From Catajapyx aquilonaris (taxonomy: Eukaryota), in NCBI GenBank assembly GCA_000934665.2, contig KZ538025.1, forward strand, positions 62,001 through 126,000: a stretch of DNA of 64,000 bases, given 5' to 3'. The translations under genes were made by a program, and so were the position numbers. Numbering within the stretch: the stretch's first letter is position 1; each line of letters opens with the position of its first letter. Shown one piece after another: positions 1 to 13,665 of the stretch. The notes under the pieces were generated by a model, which was not told where the DNA came from, did not search any database, and saw nothing but the letters and a program-made list of their open reading frames with translations.

Positions 1-2480
1 TCCAAGTACGGTTTTCTTTGGGTCGGTCGGCACGAAAACGGTGACCCGGATCATTAAGCAGTTCCTACCGCTTCCATAAACAATCTCTCCGCCTTGGGCA
101 CCGGGAACGGTAGCCCACAACAACCTTGTCCGTTGACCCCATCCAGGTCAATCCTCCTGCCCTTCACTTATCAGCCACAGATAATCGGGAATGCCCATGT
201 CCAGAGTGCACGCTGTAAAAGACAGGTCAGTGTGCTGCCTAGAACCGTTCTGTGTCAAATCGGACCCAAAACAGTTTGCCCTAAATTGGGTGCATTCAAG
301 GGACGATCACCCCAAGGACATCCCCGACTTGGTCACGAGGTTTCGACTGAGAAGGTCGGGGACACTCAGCGGTCAAAACCGTGGGAAAGTTCGGTTGATG
401 AATATTAAATTTGGTGGCTGACTAGTTGCAGATGGCAGCATCTTGCACGAAGACTCCTCCTCCACCTAGAAGGTGCCATCCTTCTAGGAGGCTGGGAAAA
501 TCGAGTCTCCTCCTCTCCGACACGTTTTTTCGGCAGACCATGAGTGCAAAAAGATGGGCCGGGTATACAACAAGGCTCATTGTAAGGCGCCATGTGTGAG
601 AAACTAGCTCTTACATGAAAGGATGAGGCCGACATGCAATGGCGTAATGGAGGCCGGTCAGCTATGGATTCCACCGCTCGCCATAGGGAGGCCCCAAAAA
701 ATTACTGATTCTGCACTTATGGGTGGGATATTTTTTTTTGTTACAAGTAAAGTGGAATCTGGCTGACCTTCTGGTTGACAAGTGATTGGTTAATGTAGCG
801 CTTTTCTTAAAAAGGTGAATCACAATGTTCTGTGAATTACTAGTAGATTTTCGCATAGTAGCGGTATCCTATATATCTTATAGGAACATCCCCCCTTGAG
901 AGCGGTATTCTCATGGGCATAGCTCCTGTCATATACCTGAAATTTCGGCGGATCCAAATTACACCAGCCTCCAGACATGTAATGTATAGCTCACGCATGT
1001 CGATCCCTTCAGGGCGCCAACATTAATAACGATACTGTGAGAATACCTGCGAATTGAACCCTCCTACCTATCCCCTCAATCACGTGACATTACCGGACTA
1101 GGGGGTTTAAATGCTTCTTTTCCCTCCAACTTAATTCCTACCTTTCAAACGGCAATTGCGTTCCGAGGGACCATCAGATTGAGCAGCCATCACGCTTATC
1201 TGCCGGCTCTAAAGGTCACCGAAAGAGTTAGTGAATTTGATGGGTATCCAAGAAAAAGAGAGAGTTGAGGTCGATGTCTGATGTTGGCCGGATGAGGGCC
1301 GATCATAATTTAGAGGTTAGATATATATTTTTTTTATGAAGGAACAAGTGGTCGATCTTAGATATATTTTTGACGTCGATGATTCATCCTGTAGAGTTGG
1401 CCCGATCGTTTTTGGGCATCCCTGAAGTTTGGCCCTTTCCCACGATCATCCTTTCCACAAACTATTCCCTCCTACTTTTCCTCTTCAGCAACTCTTATTG
1501 GAAATTAAACATGTTGTCTCAGGAGGTTATACGCTACAGATGTATACACAAAGTGAGAGGTCAAGTTGCGGTTCTGGCCCAAATATGGGGGGGTGTCAGG
1601 CATATAATTACTGAGATTCATTAACATTTTGCGGTTTTTCCTGGGATTTGGATGAGTGGACCACCATTTCACATCGGACCACCTTCCTCATAAATGATGA
1701 TAGGGGTAATGCGTTGATCGGTAGCTACAACGCCTGCTGCTTCTGATGCTGATAACGGGTATATATTCAAAAGGTGGGATGAGTAGTTTTTTTTGAGGTA
1801 GCCGCTACCGGTCGTGCAAGGGTCAAAAAAAGTGGTAAAAATCCGGGAGCCAGTAAAACTATGCAGGATTTCCTTTTCATGTTGCAAGGTCAGTAAGTGT
1901 GTGATTGAGTGAGGTGAGTGTGGCATTCCAAGGATCGACTTTTCTTTGTTGAAGTTGTTCCTGTTTTTTTGTGAGCAAATTATACGAATGTTGTGAGATC
2001 CATGCCCCCACCAAGAGGTCTCACGCATCTTACCCAACCATCGTCTCCACGTGACTTATCCATGGCTTCTGTGTTACTACACGTGGGTTCAACACTTGTC
2101 TCTAATTGGCGGATCAGACCAACTCACGTCGGTTTTCCGGAGTTCAAAGTAGCACGAACGGAGGGTTTCCCACCGGCACACCCAGACTCTACCGAAGGAG
2201 ACACCACCGAGGAATTATTATTGGAAGATGAGTGGCAACGCCCACCCAACCTGGTCCGGAAAACCTTGCTTGCCTTTTATCCTTCCATTAAAAAAAACCC
2301 GTGGCAATTGGCCTCGGAGCGGCGTCTGAACTCCGACCTCGGCGCATACCATTCATCTTCACTTCAGGTAATAAGAGCCCGGGGCTTGTAGCGGAGGGCC
2401 AGCTTCTAATTACGACATTAGCCTGCACGATTTTCAACTTGTGCAGCTCTGTATCGTTTTCTCCAAAATTCCCGGTGCGA

Positions 2481-2768
2481 GAAGACCCTGTGCTACATGG
2501 TGGTCCAGGAACAGTACTTGTGTACGTTCAGTACAAACGGGGCCGCTGCTAGTAACGTAAGCGCATCAGCCAATCAGCATGGCCACGCGTAACCTCCTGA
2601 TTGGCTGGCTGGCTTACGTTTGCTATCAGCGGTCTCATATAAACGGTAATCTACGCCCCCGCATTTTTCGTAACTAGCGACTCTTTTACGCTGATTGTAA
2701 ACAAATATTCACGTGGCAAGTGTTGACACAAAATGAGTTCATGATTTACGACCATGTGCTTGGTCTTC
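2481..2768. mobile_element. Degenerate palindromic MITE-like element with a central CCAAT hairpin
   Basis: Imperfect terminal inverted match (gaagacc..acatggt / accatgt..ggtcttc). Central inverted repeat aacgtaagc-cagccaatcag / ctgattggctg-gcttacgtt at 2554-2620. Confidence 0.4.
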
Positions 2769-4370
2769 TTTGGTCTACGTGCTTCGGACGTCTGCGGAGC
2801 TAATCTTAACCGAAGCTTCGACCTCTGACCATCCCAGTTTAACTGTCCCGGTTAATGGGACACTTGCGTTTATTGCACGCTTTCTGGGGGAGGTTACTCA
2901 TCCTCCCACCGTGGCTTCATTTGTTTCCACACCTTCCTTTGGCCCACCTGCCAGCCACATCCCCATAAACGGTGAGGGCATAAAAAAAACGTCCTAACCT
3001 CCGCACTCGTGGTTCCCCCGTTTGGTACAAACAGTCGTAAAGCGGCAACAGTTTGACAAAGCCAACAAGAAAAGTGCGATGGCAAATATTTGGGCTAGGC
3101 CCCAAGTCCATCCCACAAGGCGCCATCCGGGACACAGCCTCCCTTTTTTCCGGGAAAAAGTCCACTAAAATGAACCTTCTTTCCGTGGAAACACCCACTA
3201 GGTCGTTATCACCTCTAGCTCCCAGGGAAATCAGGGCCTTCGGTTGCGGTTAGGATGCTGGTTTTGCCTAATACGGAACATCCTGAAACGTGTTACGTCA
3301 TAGTGGTTACCCATTGCCCCCTGGGCTACGCACAGGTGCTGACCACTCATCAGGAGATGAGTAATATTTCTGCGAAATTTTGCCTAATCCTGTTGAATAT
3401 GCAACCCTCATTAGGGGATGCCTGGTGGTGTAAAATATTAGTCACTTTCAGAATTTGAGGTGAATATTGGACTTTGCATATTATTATTATTATTTTGTAT
3501 ATAATTTATTGAATGTGCCAACCTTATGGGGGTATAATAATTAAATTACATAAATAATTTAATTTATTAATATAATATTCACTCGATTTTGTGGATTATC
3601 TGCAGTTTCTTCCAGAAAATTGCTCAAATTGAAATATTGCGTCTTTTTGGAGTTGAAATTCACTCCAACTGAAATGGGGCATCGTGACGTACTTTCATGA
3701 GGGATCAGCCCAGCGTGACTGTGCGTGACACACTCATATAAAATTGGCTGAAAATTCGAATTCGCCATAGTCTGACGTAACTGCTCCTGTTATTTAACCT
3801 ACATTTCACCACTAGATACTGTCATTAGTTGGAAAAACCCACTCCTTTTATACCTTTCCCACGCTCATTCCTAAGTTCACCATGTTTTTGTGAGCAACCT
3901 GTGGCCGCTGTGCCATCTATTAGTCAAATCAGTGAGCTAATAAGGTGTGTTGCAGGCCAGTTCGGAACATCTACGCATACCAACATGCCAGCAAATGACT
4001 GCGGTGCCGGAAGGCGGATTCCCCCTTGATTCCTTCTCTCTTTTTTTTTGAAACATTAGAAGGAGGGGATCTTTGCCCCCCTTTTTTCGGCGGCTCATAC
4101 CTGTAGCCACCATTGGGGGCGGAGTGAGTGAATAAAGTGTGGGAAAAAGTCCCGGAATTCCTGGCTAGGCGGCAGTAAGCTCCGGGGCAAGTACAGCCCC
4201 GCCCTATGCAAACAGATATCATTTGGCCTCGCTAACTTTGGGTCAAGTACACTCAGGGTTCTACATGGGCAGGTCACGATGGGCTCACGGGCACACGCGC
4301 CCTTTTGCTCGTGCATTGGGCACATCCACATACTGTATAATATCTAATATTCTGTAGTAGTAGTTATACC

Positions 4371-4634
4371 AATTTTGAGCGAATTTAACTCAAAAGTTGA
4401 GTAAATTGAACTCATTGATTTTTAAAATTGAGTGAAAGTTAGCTCAAATTGAATTTTAAAATTGAGTGAAATTAGCTGAAACTGAATTTTTCAAATTTAG
4501 CGAAAATTAGCTGAAACTGAATTTTTTAAATTTAGCGAAAATTAGCTCAAATTGAATTTTTAAATTGAGTGTAACTCAAATTGAATTTTATTAAACTGAC
4601 TGTGAGTGAAAATTGACTCAAATTGAGCTGAATT
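4371..4634. repeat. AT-rich degenerate minisatellite, ~33-35-bp unit
   Basis: About 5 clear units of consensus tt(g/t)ag(t/c)gaaa(a)ttagct(c/g)aaa(t/c)tgaattttt(t)aaa, plus degenerate flanking copies. Confidence 0.8.
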
Positions 4635-7600
4635 CCCCCTCCCCCTGATTTATGAGTGCATAGTCTGCATATTCACCATATAAATAATTTTATGCACCTT
4701 GCACAGGTTTTATTAGCCTATCATTGTAGTCAAAAGTCTTCAGTCTACATGGCGCCTCAGCAGGATCACAACCAGTCTTCACCATCAAGGGTGCGCTTAT
4801 GGGTTTTTTGATCTCTCACCCAGTTGTTGCGTTGTGCCCAGCGTGTGCCCCGGGGTACCTGCCCCTTTTCATCCTAAGCTGCTGCGGCTAGCTCTGTCGT
4901 AGGTAGCCTCACCATGTTTCTTGACACGATGCTAATCCGCTGACCACACGTCCGCCGTTATTTGTTGGTTTAACCAAACCCGCTCTGTCCGTACGCTCGT
5001 ATATATCCACCTTTTTTTATATTTTATTTGCTACAATCCTCTGATTCTCACCTAGCTCTCTGCAGGTCTGTAAATCCATTCTATTGTTCAGTCTGACACC
5101 CGGTACATAATGTGATCTTGCCAGTTTTTTAGCTCCGTACGTCACTGTCTAGCAACAATCGCCATTCCGAACGGCAAAACCTAAATTGAACTCGTGAGCT
5201 CAATTTGAGCTCGTTGGCAGCCAGGTCACGGGTCGAAAGGCAGAAAGTGCTTACTGAATTTAATATCCGTCGGTTTGCAGTATACGAGCACTGGAATGGG
5301 CCGTCATTTGAAATATCGCCCTATTCTTTACGGGAGCTTGGCGAGGGGTCCTGGATTTCATTTGGGACGCTCGTAGGGCCTTTTCTAAGTGATTTGTTGG
5401 CCCAGAAGAAAAGGGAGTGCAAGAAAAGGGCCGGATTTATGAGCATACGCGGGACACAGAAGGGGTTGCTGTTTCCACCTAAGTACAAGCTGGACGAGTT
5501 ACGAGCGTCCGGCATTGTCCGGTGTGCGAGTACTGGCAAGTTGGGTTCCAAGTGAGCTGTTACTAGAAGGTGATGATGGTAGGAAGCTGGCACCTGCTTC
5601 CAGATAGAGCTAGAGCTGGCTTAATTAGAACTCATCAGCAGCAGCGACAGGTGGGAATGAATCGGAGCCAATTAGCAGAAAACAAATGGAGAGTCGGTCG
5701 TGGGAGTGTCCAAGTCCAACCCTTTGGATCCACAGAAGTGTTAGTGGCGTCTGCAAAAGGCGGTGATTACCATCCGGAGTTGGCCGGGGGATGGGGATGA
5801 CTACTCCCTTGCCAACCCAGAGGGTAATATTTCAATTCTTCGCGTCTTGCGCCTGCAACTAATTACTCTCTGGACACTTCATTCCTAGGCTCTTGATTTA
5901 GAAGGGAGATGGCAGCAGCCGATAAGGCCCCGTGAGCTTGCTTGTCCTGATGAGAGCTCAGGTGAAGTACCGTACGGTACATGGCCCGACAGGAATTATT
6001 GCCTGCTCCGGGTCTGGTAATTGAGGTGGGATTTTTGGTTATTAATTACATAGTGTCTGTTGGCACTGCGTTTTATATCATAAACAATGGTGCCTTTATG
6101 GGATCAGCTGGCAGAAATGTTGGAGAACTGCTGGGTACACGGCTCCTCAACGAAAATTGCAAAGGAACCACGGACGAGAAGATTAAAACATACATTACCA
6201 TATTTTTCTAGCAACATTTAATTGCCATTAAATATGCCACCGGCTTACCTACAGAGCAGCTGCACCATTTTCTTAAAACCTTCTCACATGATTGAATCCC
6301 TCTTGGAACATACCTTGCCCCCTTCAAAAACCTTCTTCACCCACAAGAAATTCTGTTTGATGCATCGTGCCTGGTTGTCGTTTCCTTTACCTCGACTCGT
6401 TTCACCAGGTAATAGTCTAATTAAAGAGAAATCATCATCTTAGGGCTCAGCCAGAAAACGATGAGGATTTTTGGAAGAGGGGGGATTGTAATGGCGACTC
6501 TTTGGGGGAAGCCGACGTTGTTTTTCAAAGGTGGTATAGACCCAATCGGTGGGATAATCCCGTTGGGGGCTAAAGAAGAGCGCCGTCCGTCAGAGCAACG
6601 GGGGGTAAAGAGGCTGCGCCCAGACCCTTGGACCCCCTGCTGGTCTCCGCTGGGCCTCTGTGCGGCTTCAGCTACAGGGGTGACCACCAACACCACCAAC
6701 CATCCAGCTGTGAGCCCTGTCTATATGTACCGTCCCTCTGATTTTCCTGCCAGTAATTGGCAATTGTTGCCAAATATTTTGGTCATCAGTCCCCCAGTAC
6801 GCCTTGGGTGACCACTGGCTACTTACCTTCGGGGTGACCACCAGTCAGGTCTTGGACACCCCTTTGTAATTTTGATCAGTCCCGAGGCAGTGGAAGGTGT
6901 TGCATCTCCTTTTGACACATTTCCATTCCCCATATCAGTTGGTAGGAATTTTTGGGCCTTCCTTCAATCTTCAATAATGCCTACCTGAGTGACGGAAGTT
7001 GGATATGTGGTAGGTTCAAGGGGGAGAAAAATTCATCAGCGTAAATTCCTCATCCTGTACATTAAGGGACAGGCGCCTTGTAGTCCTCGCCTTTGAAGAA
7101 CCAACTTAGTCTCATTTGTAATTAATTTCCCTATACCCCGTGGGAAGATCGCCTTTTGCACTACGTCGTAACGTGGGCACAAATTGGGTTATCTCCAACT
7201 TCTGAGGAACAGACAATTGACGTAAATGTAATAATTTTCCCCGTAGAAGCAGTAATGGGAACGGCGAGATAAACTGCTCCAAAATTAGCTCATAACTCGT
7301 GCTTTTCCCCCGTAAAACTGACAATAGGAAGATTCTCTTTGGCCTGTTTGTTTTTACTTCTTGCACACCCGAATGGGTGGGAGGAAAAAATGGGCGCCAG
7401 GCAGAAGCATCATGTGTAAAGTCGTGTGGTGACCTCCCGTCACAGGAGGGCAAGTATCCAGTGGGGAGCTTAAGAAATGCGTGTTTATTCTCACCCAGCC
7501 CTCCGTCTCCCATTAACACCTTCTGAAAGGCAGTGGCGATGAGTTAATCTGGACTAAGCGAGCCACATTCACAGAGTCGTTACCGAGGACTTGAGCATTG

Positions 7601-9412
7601 AAAGAAAGCAGATGCAGCTCCTTAGGTGGCCAGACTCACAAGAAACCTCACCATATCGAGAGAACCATGTCTGGTCAATTTGTCACTGGTCAGTCCCTTG
7701 CCATAACAAATGTGGAACATATGAGAAAAAGGACACAAATGTAATTTTCTTTCGGTTACTTGATCGCTTCTTGGGTGAGTTACCGTTGGCAGCACCCATA
7801 TAGGGCCCGTCCCTGAAGGGGCGACACAAAGACTGGCGTTGTTGGCTGGCCCCAGCCAAAAAGCCTGGTTGCAAAGCGAAGTGATGATGTGAGGGCTACT
7901 GAGATGGGTGTTTCGGAGATGGCGACGGTGAGGAAAAGCAGATCACCCCCAGGATGATGGACCGTGCTGAAGAGGAGGATGCGAGAGGAATATCTGCTGT
8001 GCATTCCAATCGAAAGTGGAGCGGCCTCTCTCTACAACATTAAAAAAATAGAAAGGAGTTTAAAAAAATAGTAAAAGAGTGTCTTTGTCCCTTTCCGTCT
8101 GTCGTCTCTTCCGTCATGTCCTCAAGTCCTGATTAATGAGAGGGACCGACATGACGAATGGTGGCTCGTGTCGTGCGCCAGGCCAGGATGTGATGACTCT
8201 AACTTGTACAACTAAGCTCAATTGCTCTGGTTATGTCCAGTCATCTTTTACAAACAGGTGGCGGCACCTCTAAAATTAAAATCTGAAATTTAATGATGTG
8301 GAATGGTGTGAAATGCAGACATGTGTTAGGCCAGGAGCCCTCCCCCCTGAAAAGTCTGTGACCCATGGTAACCCAAGCCGAGGCAGCGGCAGGCGTTTCT
8401 AGGGCTGCCTGTGAGGGCACCCAGCATTCCTTGCAACCCTATACGCAACTGCAATACCCGACGCTGCTTGGTATTTACCAGCTGCGCCCCCAGATGGGAG
8501 ACGCCCCACCGAGGGTCAATTGAGGGACAAGAGCCCCGATTTCCCTGCTCAATTGCTACATTTTGGACCCTACCTTTAGGTTTTTAGAGTCGATTTGTCT
8601 TGTGAGCCTTTTGTTTCGCCGTATCGCACGCGATTAGGGCACCCAATTAGGATAGGGTGAGTCATATAGTGACCATGAGGTAGTGCGTCTTGACCCTAAA
8701 GTGAAGGATGGATGTGTGAGCCGTGCCCTCGTTTTGTGTTGGAAGTGGCTAAAAGAGGCCGCTTCATTAATCTACGGATGCGCTCATATAACGCTATGAT
8801 GCAGTTGTCATCGCCACTGCGGTTTAGGACTGGCGTGGGTGGGTGACACCTTGTCACCGAGTGTACATTCGTCATAATACATCCGCAGTTGCTAGGCCGG
8901 AAGCCGCTCCTGCCAAAACGTCCTCACTTTTTTTAAGAATTAATTGTGCAATCCTTGCCAGGTGTATGTCTAACCTGTTATTGAATCCAATTTGGGAAGG
9001 GTGAAGGGCGGTTGGTAATTTTGCGAAAGGAACACTTCATAATGCAAGTGGGTGGGAAATGGGGAGGAAAAGGAGCAACCCTATTAGATTGTAGGCCACC
9101 CTCTTCTCTTTTTTTTCTGATAAACCGCCGTTGATTGCGGAGAAAGTTACCTTCAAGATTTGGGAGGTGGGAGGAATGGTGAGGCCATCTTCTGAGATGA
9201 CTTCCATTTCATATCTCCACCTCTTTCTCCTCCTACACCATCAGTCTAGGGCCACGGCTTCCTCTGAAAATGAGCCAACAATGATGCCGCTCCGTGTTGT
9301 CGAAAATTAAAGAAAACCTATTAGGCTTATGAACTCATTGGCTGGATCTATTATCAATGTGTAGGTAGAAATGGACAGGTACAAATGAGTGCGATTTGTT
9401 TACTGTATTTCC

Positions 9413-9418
9413 TTTAAT
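9413..9418 (-). other. Candidate polyadenylation signal (ATTAAA) for gene 1
   Basis: ATTAAA on the minus strand at the end of a ~730-nt AU-rich stretch downstream of the stop codon. Confidence 0.35.
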
Positions 9419-10148
9419 CATACAAAACACAAGCTTACAATAATAGGCGCATGCATCATTTACTCTCAATAAACTTATTACATTATGTACATATCGGTGG
9501 GATTCATTTACGCCAAGCTTTTAGCTATTCTCACACTAAATTACTAAGCACCTTCATAGAAAGGGATAACGACAAATAATGTGACTGAACCATCATAGGA
9601 CTTTACAGGATACAATAGCGATCAACTATAGGAGGGGTCTACAATATGATCTAGAGAGCAAGGTTGGTAACCTTGTACGTTTGTACACCATATATATGGC
9701 ACAACGAATTCAACGCCACGTGAAAGAATTAGCTCTGCATAATACTATGTTCACCTTGCATTTTATGGACTTAAAATTACCAGTCTCTGCAACATAAACA
9801 GGAGTCAAAAGTGAGGTATGTAGGTGTTTTCCATATGTGAAGGTAACAGGAATTGGGTTTGGAGGCTGTTGGTTCATTGAAAAAAAAAACTTAGGTTTTT
9901 TGATTCTGACACATCTAAAGCTGCATCTTTGATTTTAATAAGAGGAACATGCGATAAAACTGGACTAACAGAAAACACTGATTCTGATATGTACAAATAC
10001 TCTATGCGAGATATTGAGTTTAACGTGTTGACATACACATAATATATATAATATAGAGTCAAATCTGTCCTACCCACATAATGATGCAGCTTGACAGGAA
10101 CCGGACCTTTCTTTTTTGTACATTAGATGCAAAAGAGCTACACGGAAT

Positions 10149-10641
10149 TCAACGCTTCATAATGTCTTCGATGGAGAATCCGTTTCGCCTGGGTGGGTCT
10201 CTTTCCTGCTCGTCCCTTCCCACGGTGGCCTCAGCTTTACCTTCCGTGGAAGACAAGTCCAGAGTCTCCATCTCTTCTTCTTCCTCTTCCTCCTCCTCGT
10301 CTTCATCGTCACCACCTTCCGTCGGGGCTGGCGGTGACTGTCCCGTAACTGCAGACGCCAAACCAGACGCGCCCATGGTGTGGGTCAGGGTATGTCGCCG
10401 CAGGTCACAGTTCCTTCGGAAGACCTTGTTGCAGCTGCGACACTCGTAGGGTTTCAGGTCAGTGTGGGTGAGCAGATGGGTCTTCAGGTTAGATCTCTGG
10501 TTGAAGCTACGGCTGCACACGGGACACTTGTGCGGTGATTCTTCCAGGTGGAGGATCTTGTGGACGGCCAGGGTTCGAGACTGGCAGAAACCCTTGCCGC
10601 ATTCGCCACATTTGAACGGCTTCTCCTTGGAGTGGATGTAC
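10149..10641 (-). CDS. sob: Odd-skipped family zinc-finger gene 1 (sob-like), last coding exon: end of ZF2, ZF3-5, acidic tract, C-terminal eh1 motif
   Basis: Acceptor tccttatag|G (AG at 10643-10642) restores [88 protein letters not shown]...[10 protein letters not shown]. Family is certain. The sob label is tentative (5 fingers, TDLKPY like sob TDIKPY, short tail); it could be a bowl-like duplicate. Confidence 0.93.
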
Positions 10642-10701
10642 CTATAAGGACATGAAACAGTTAGACTCTGATATGTCCATATTTAGGCTATTTGTTCTTA
10701 C

Positions 10702-11563
10702 CTATGGTCTCTGAGATGGTCCTGTCTCCTGAATGCCTTCCCGCAGATGTCACATGAGTAGGGCCTCTCGTCTGTGTGTGTCCTCTCGTGGATAAGCAGG
10801 TTGTACGACTTGGTGAACTGACGGCTGCAATACTTGCAGATGAACTGCTTCTTGGGCCGGGATGCCCTGCCGGTGGGTGCTTTCAGTACTCGTGGGTCAT
10901 ACTGTCCCGGGTAGAAAGACGGTACACCCGCCCCTCGCAACCAGTTGGACATGATGAGAGGAAACGCCGCTGCATAAGTAGCCGGAAGACCCAACCGGGC
11001 CATGTTTGCAAGTTGACTCTGTTGTTGAGCCGCATCTGTCTTGTTGTCATCTCGTCCAGGTTCGATGGTGGAGGACGTGGTGGTGGTGAAGGAGTAGTTA
11101 GCCTGCTTGTCGGTATCCCCTTCCTTGTCCTGCGGTTTGAAGATGGCAGGCTCGCACTTCTTGAGGGAATAGTCTCTGGCCAGCTCCTGCTGGGTGTCGG
11201 CCAGCGTGGAAGGAGGGGCGGAGAGGACCGGCCGGAAGGCAGAGGGTCCAGGGTTCGAGCCCCCCTGCTGGGTCGCCTGTTGCGTTGCCTGCTGGAGCCG
11301 TCTGAGCTCATCGGTTGATAACATCGGGTAGGGAATCCGGTGAGGTCCCAGAAGGGCTGGGGCGTAGAAGTATGCTCCGGCTAGGGATGCCATCAGGGTG
11401 GCGTGCTGTTGCAGGTCAGCCACGGGAGAGGTCAAGTGATGAGCAGGGCTGTCTTTGGCTGGGTGCTGGCTGATATCGCCCTCGAAGGAGAACTTGTACT
11501 CGGGTGAGTTGGGCGTGTGCGGAGGAGTTAGCAGAGGCGATGCAACATCCTTCTCTGGAGGTC
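10702..11563 (-). CDS. sob: Odd-skipped family zinc-finger gene 1 (sob-like), middle coding exon: N-terminal region, ZF1 and most of ZF2
   Basis: Acceptor ttttactgacag|GA at 11565-11564. Open frame [18 protein letters not shown]...[55 protein letters not shown]. Donor AG|gtaaga at 10701-10700; 60-bp phase-2 intron 10642-10701. Confidence 0.9.
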
Positions 11564-13025
11564 CTGTCAGTAAAATATTCCCTTTATTTTAAACTGTTTT
11601 TCAGATAGCCTGAGGCTATTCAGCCACCCACTTAATATGATGATGTATTCAAGAAGGACACAATGCTCCTTCCTGTTATCTAGCACAAATAAATACCCTG
11701 GCACAATGCACTTCATGAAAGAGCTGACAAACCACTCGCCACCTACCAAACCGCCGAATTTGAGAACCAGCAATCATTGAGACGGAAGGACTTTTTGGTC
11801 CTTGATTTTTTGAAAAGCCAATTCTTCCTGAAGCAGATGGTAGGCGAATTCTGTGCAGTGTGCGGAGGCGATTACCATTTGACCATGAAAGGTTGCGGGC
11901 CAAAAGAGCATTGGGAGCAACGTACAGGTGGTTAGTTGTTAGTAACCCCCAGCAATGGGAATGAGTCTCCTTCTTCTGATGGGTGTAATTGAACCAGGGG
12001 TAATTTATAGCCATGAAAACTGGGCTGAGATTAGAGGGTGGCTTTATGCGGACGTCGGTCACGATGTGTGATTGAATTATTGAGGGCCATACTCATGTTG
12101 CACAAGCAGTAATTTTGTCTCAATTTGGTTGTACTAGTGGTGTACCTGTATACCTGGTGCATTTCCCCGATATATTGCTCGAGGCATCTAAGGAGCCCCT
12201 AAGTTTACGACCTGCATCCTAGATGTAGGTTGCTGATTGTCCATGGTGGGAGGTAGGGGGGCTTGAAACGTCAAAGCGATAAGAAATTGCAGAGCAAATC
12301 CATTATTCCTTGCAGAGGTGCCGTTGGTCGTTGTAACAGGTGGTATTTGCCTTTAGGGAGGGGGTTTAATCTTGATCAAACATCCGTCGGATGGTCGTTT
12401 CTGAGCTGGCATTGGCCTCTCGGGAGGGCCACTGAACAACTCATTAGTCACATGCGGGGCAGAGATCTGAATCAATGATAGTTTACGCAATAAACTGTCG
12501 GTAAAATGCTGATACTGTTTTAACACCGCTTAATGTGTCGTTATCAAGAACGATCTGCTGCCATATTAGTCACGCCTATAGTTTTTAGGCACTTTGAGTG
12601 AACATCTGGACAACTGGGTGATTATAATATGAATCATTAGATGTTTCAGCATAAATATTTTTACATAACCCAAAAATGCAGTTCTAAGAATATGATTTAT
12701 TCATTCTTGAGAGCGTTTTCTCAAATAAGGAAATGACGAGGAAAAAGTGCCTGTACTTTGTTCGGTAGTTTTTTTTGAATGTTATTCCGCGTTTGTGAGA
12801 TGTTATCTGCTGATGGATTGGCATTTTACCGCCCCTGTTTGGTTTATAATCCACTATTCGCCACATGTTTACTGAGAGAATTGATGTAACTTTTTTTGAT
12901 GATTCCAGGGAAGTACGACACTACCTCTTTTCAAATGTGCTACTAATTCACTGAGTGAAGAATGATAAAGATAAGCGTAACTAATATCATATTTAGCAGA
13001 TATGGATCTATTCGTATTTCAGATA

Positions 13026-13104
13026 CAGTGGAACCGGGTTGTAACGGACNGGGGGGGGGACGTTTTGCGGAACGGAGCGACTCTGCTGTTGATAGGTTTC
13101 AATG
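13026..13104. mobile_element. Tiny Tc1/mariner/pogo-like remnant in gene 1 intron 1
   Basis: TA|cagtggaacc ... ggtttcaatg|TA: 8/10 inverted match with TA flanks. Contains an N at 13050. Confidence 0.3.
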
Positions 13105-13665
13105 TACAGTATTTGAAAATAGAGCACTAAAATTAATAAATGTGAATAAATATGGTAACTGTTAAGTATTTTGCAGGTTAAAGGCAACGTTCGAGTACAC
13201 TTAGATTCAAAAAAGTATAGTATAGGCTACATTCTACATAAACTGAGGCCCGCAACACGTACAAGTACACACCATCAAGTTAAAATCAGCTTAGCAATAA
13301 AAATGCGCATGAAATAGATGAGTGCAGTTACATCCGTAAAATAAACCCCGGAACAAAGCTAGGAAAAATCCGGAATAAAACAGCGTGAAGAAGAGACCCC
13401 CAATCAAATACCATGTAGGCTTCGACCTACTGGTAACCTACAAGTTGGTCCATTTACCAAGACTCCCCAGTTTACGAGAGAGGTACCAGGTACGGACTGT
13501 TTACCCCAGCAACCAGTTGAATGATAGTTGCTTCTCGTAAAATGGTTGCTAGAGTTAACAATTTATAACTCCTTCCGCCCCTCCCTCCTAGACTGGTACA
13601 TGGGCACCACACCACCCTGTACCAAAAATCCCCCAAAATCACAAAATTCTGCCAAGTTCCCCTAC

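Noticed and set aside
10081..11318. Antisense and alternative-frame ORFs over gene 1 (likewise 35364-36362 and 43830-44864 over bowl)
   Set aside because: Shadows of GC-rich coding sequence; no recognisable domains.
13410..13414. Alternative ATG|gt micro first exon for gene 1
   Set aside because: Phase 0, incompatible with the phase-1 acceptor at 11563.
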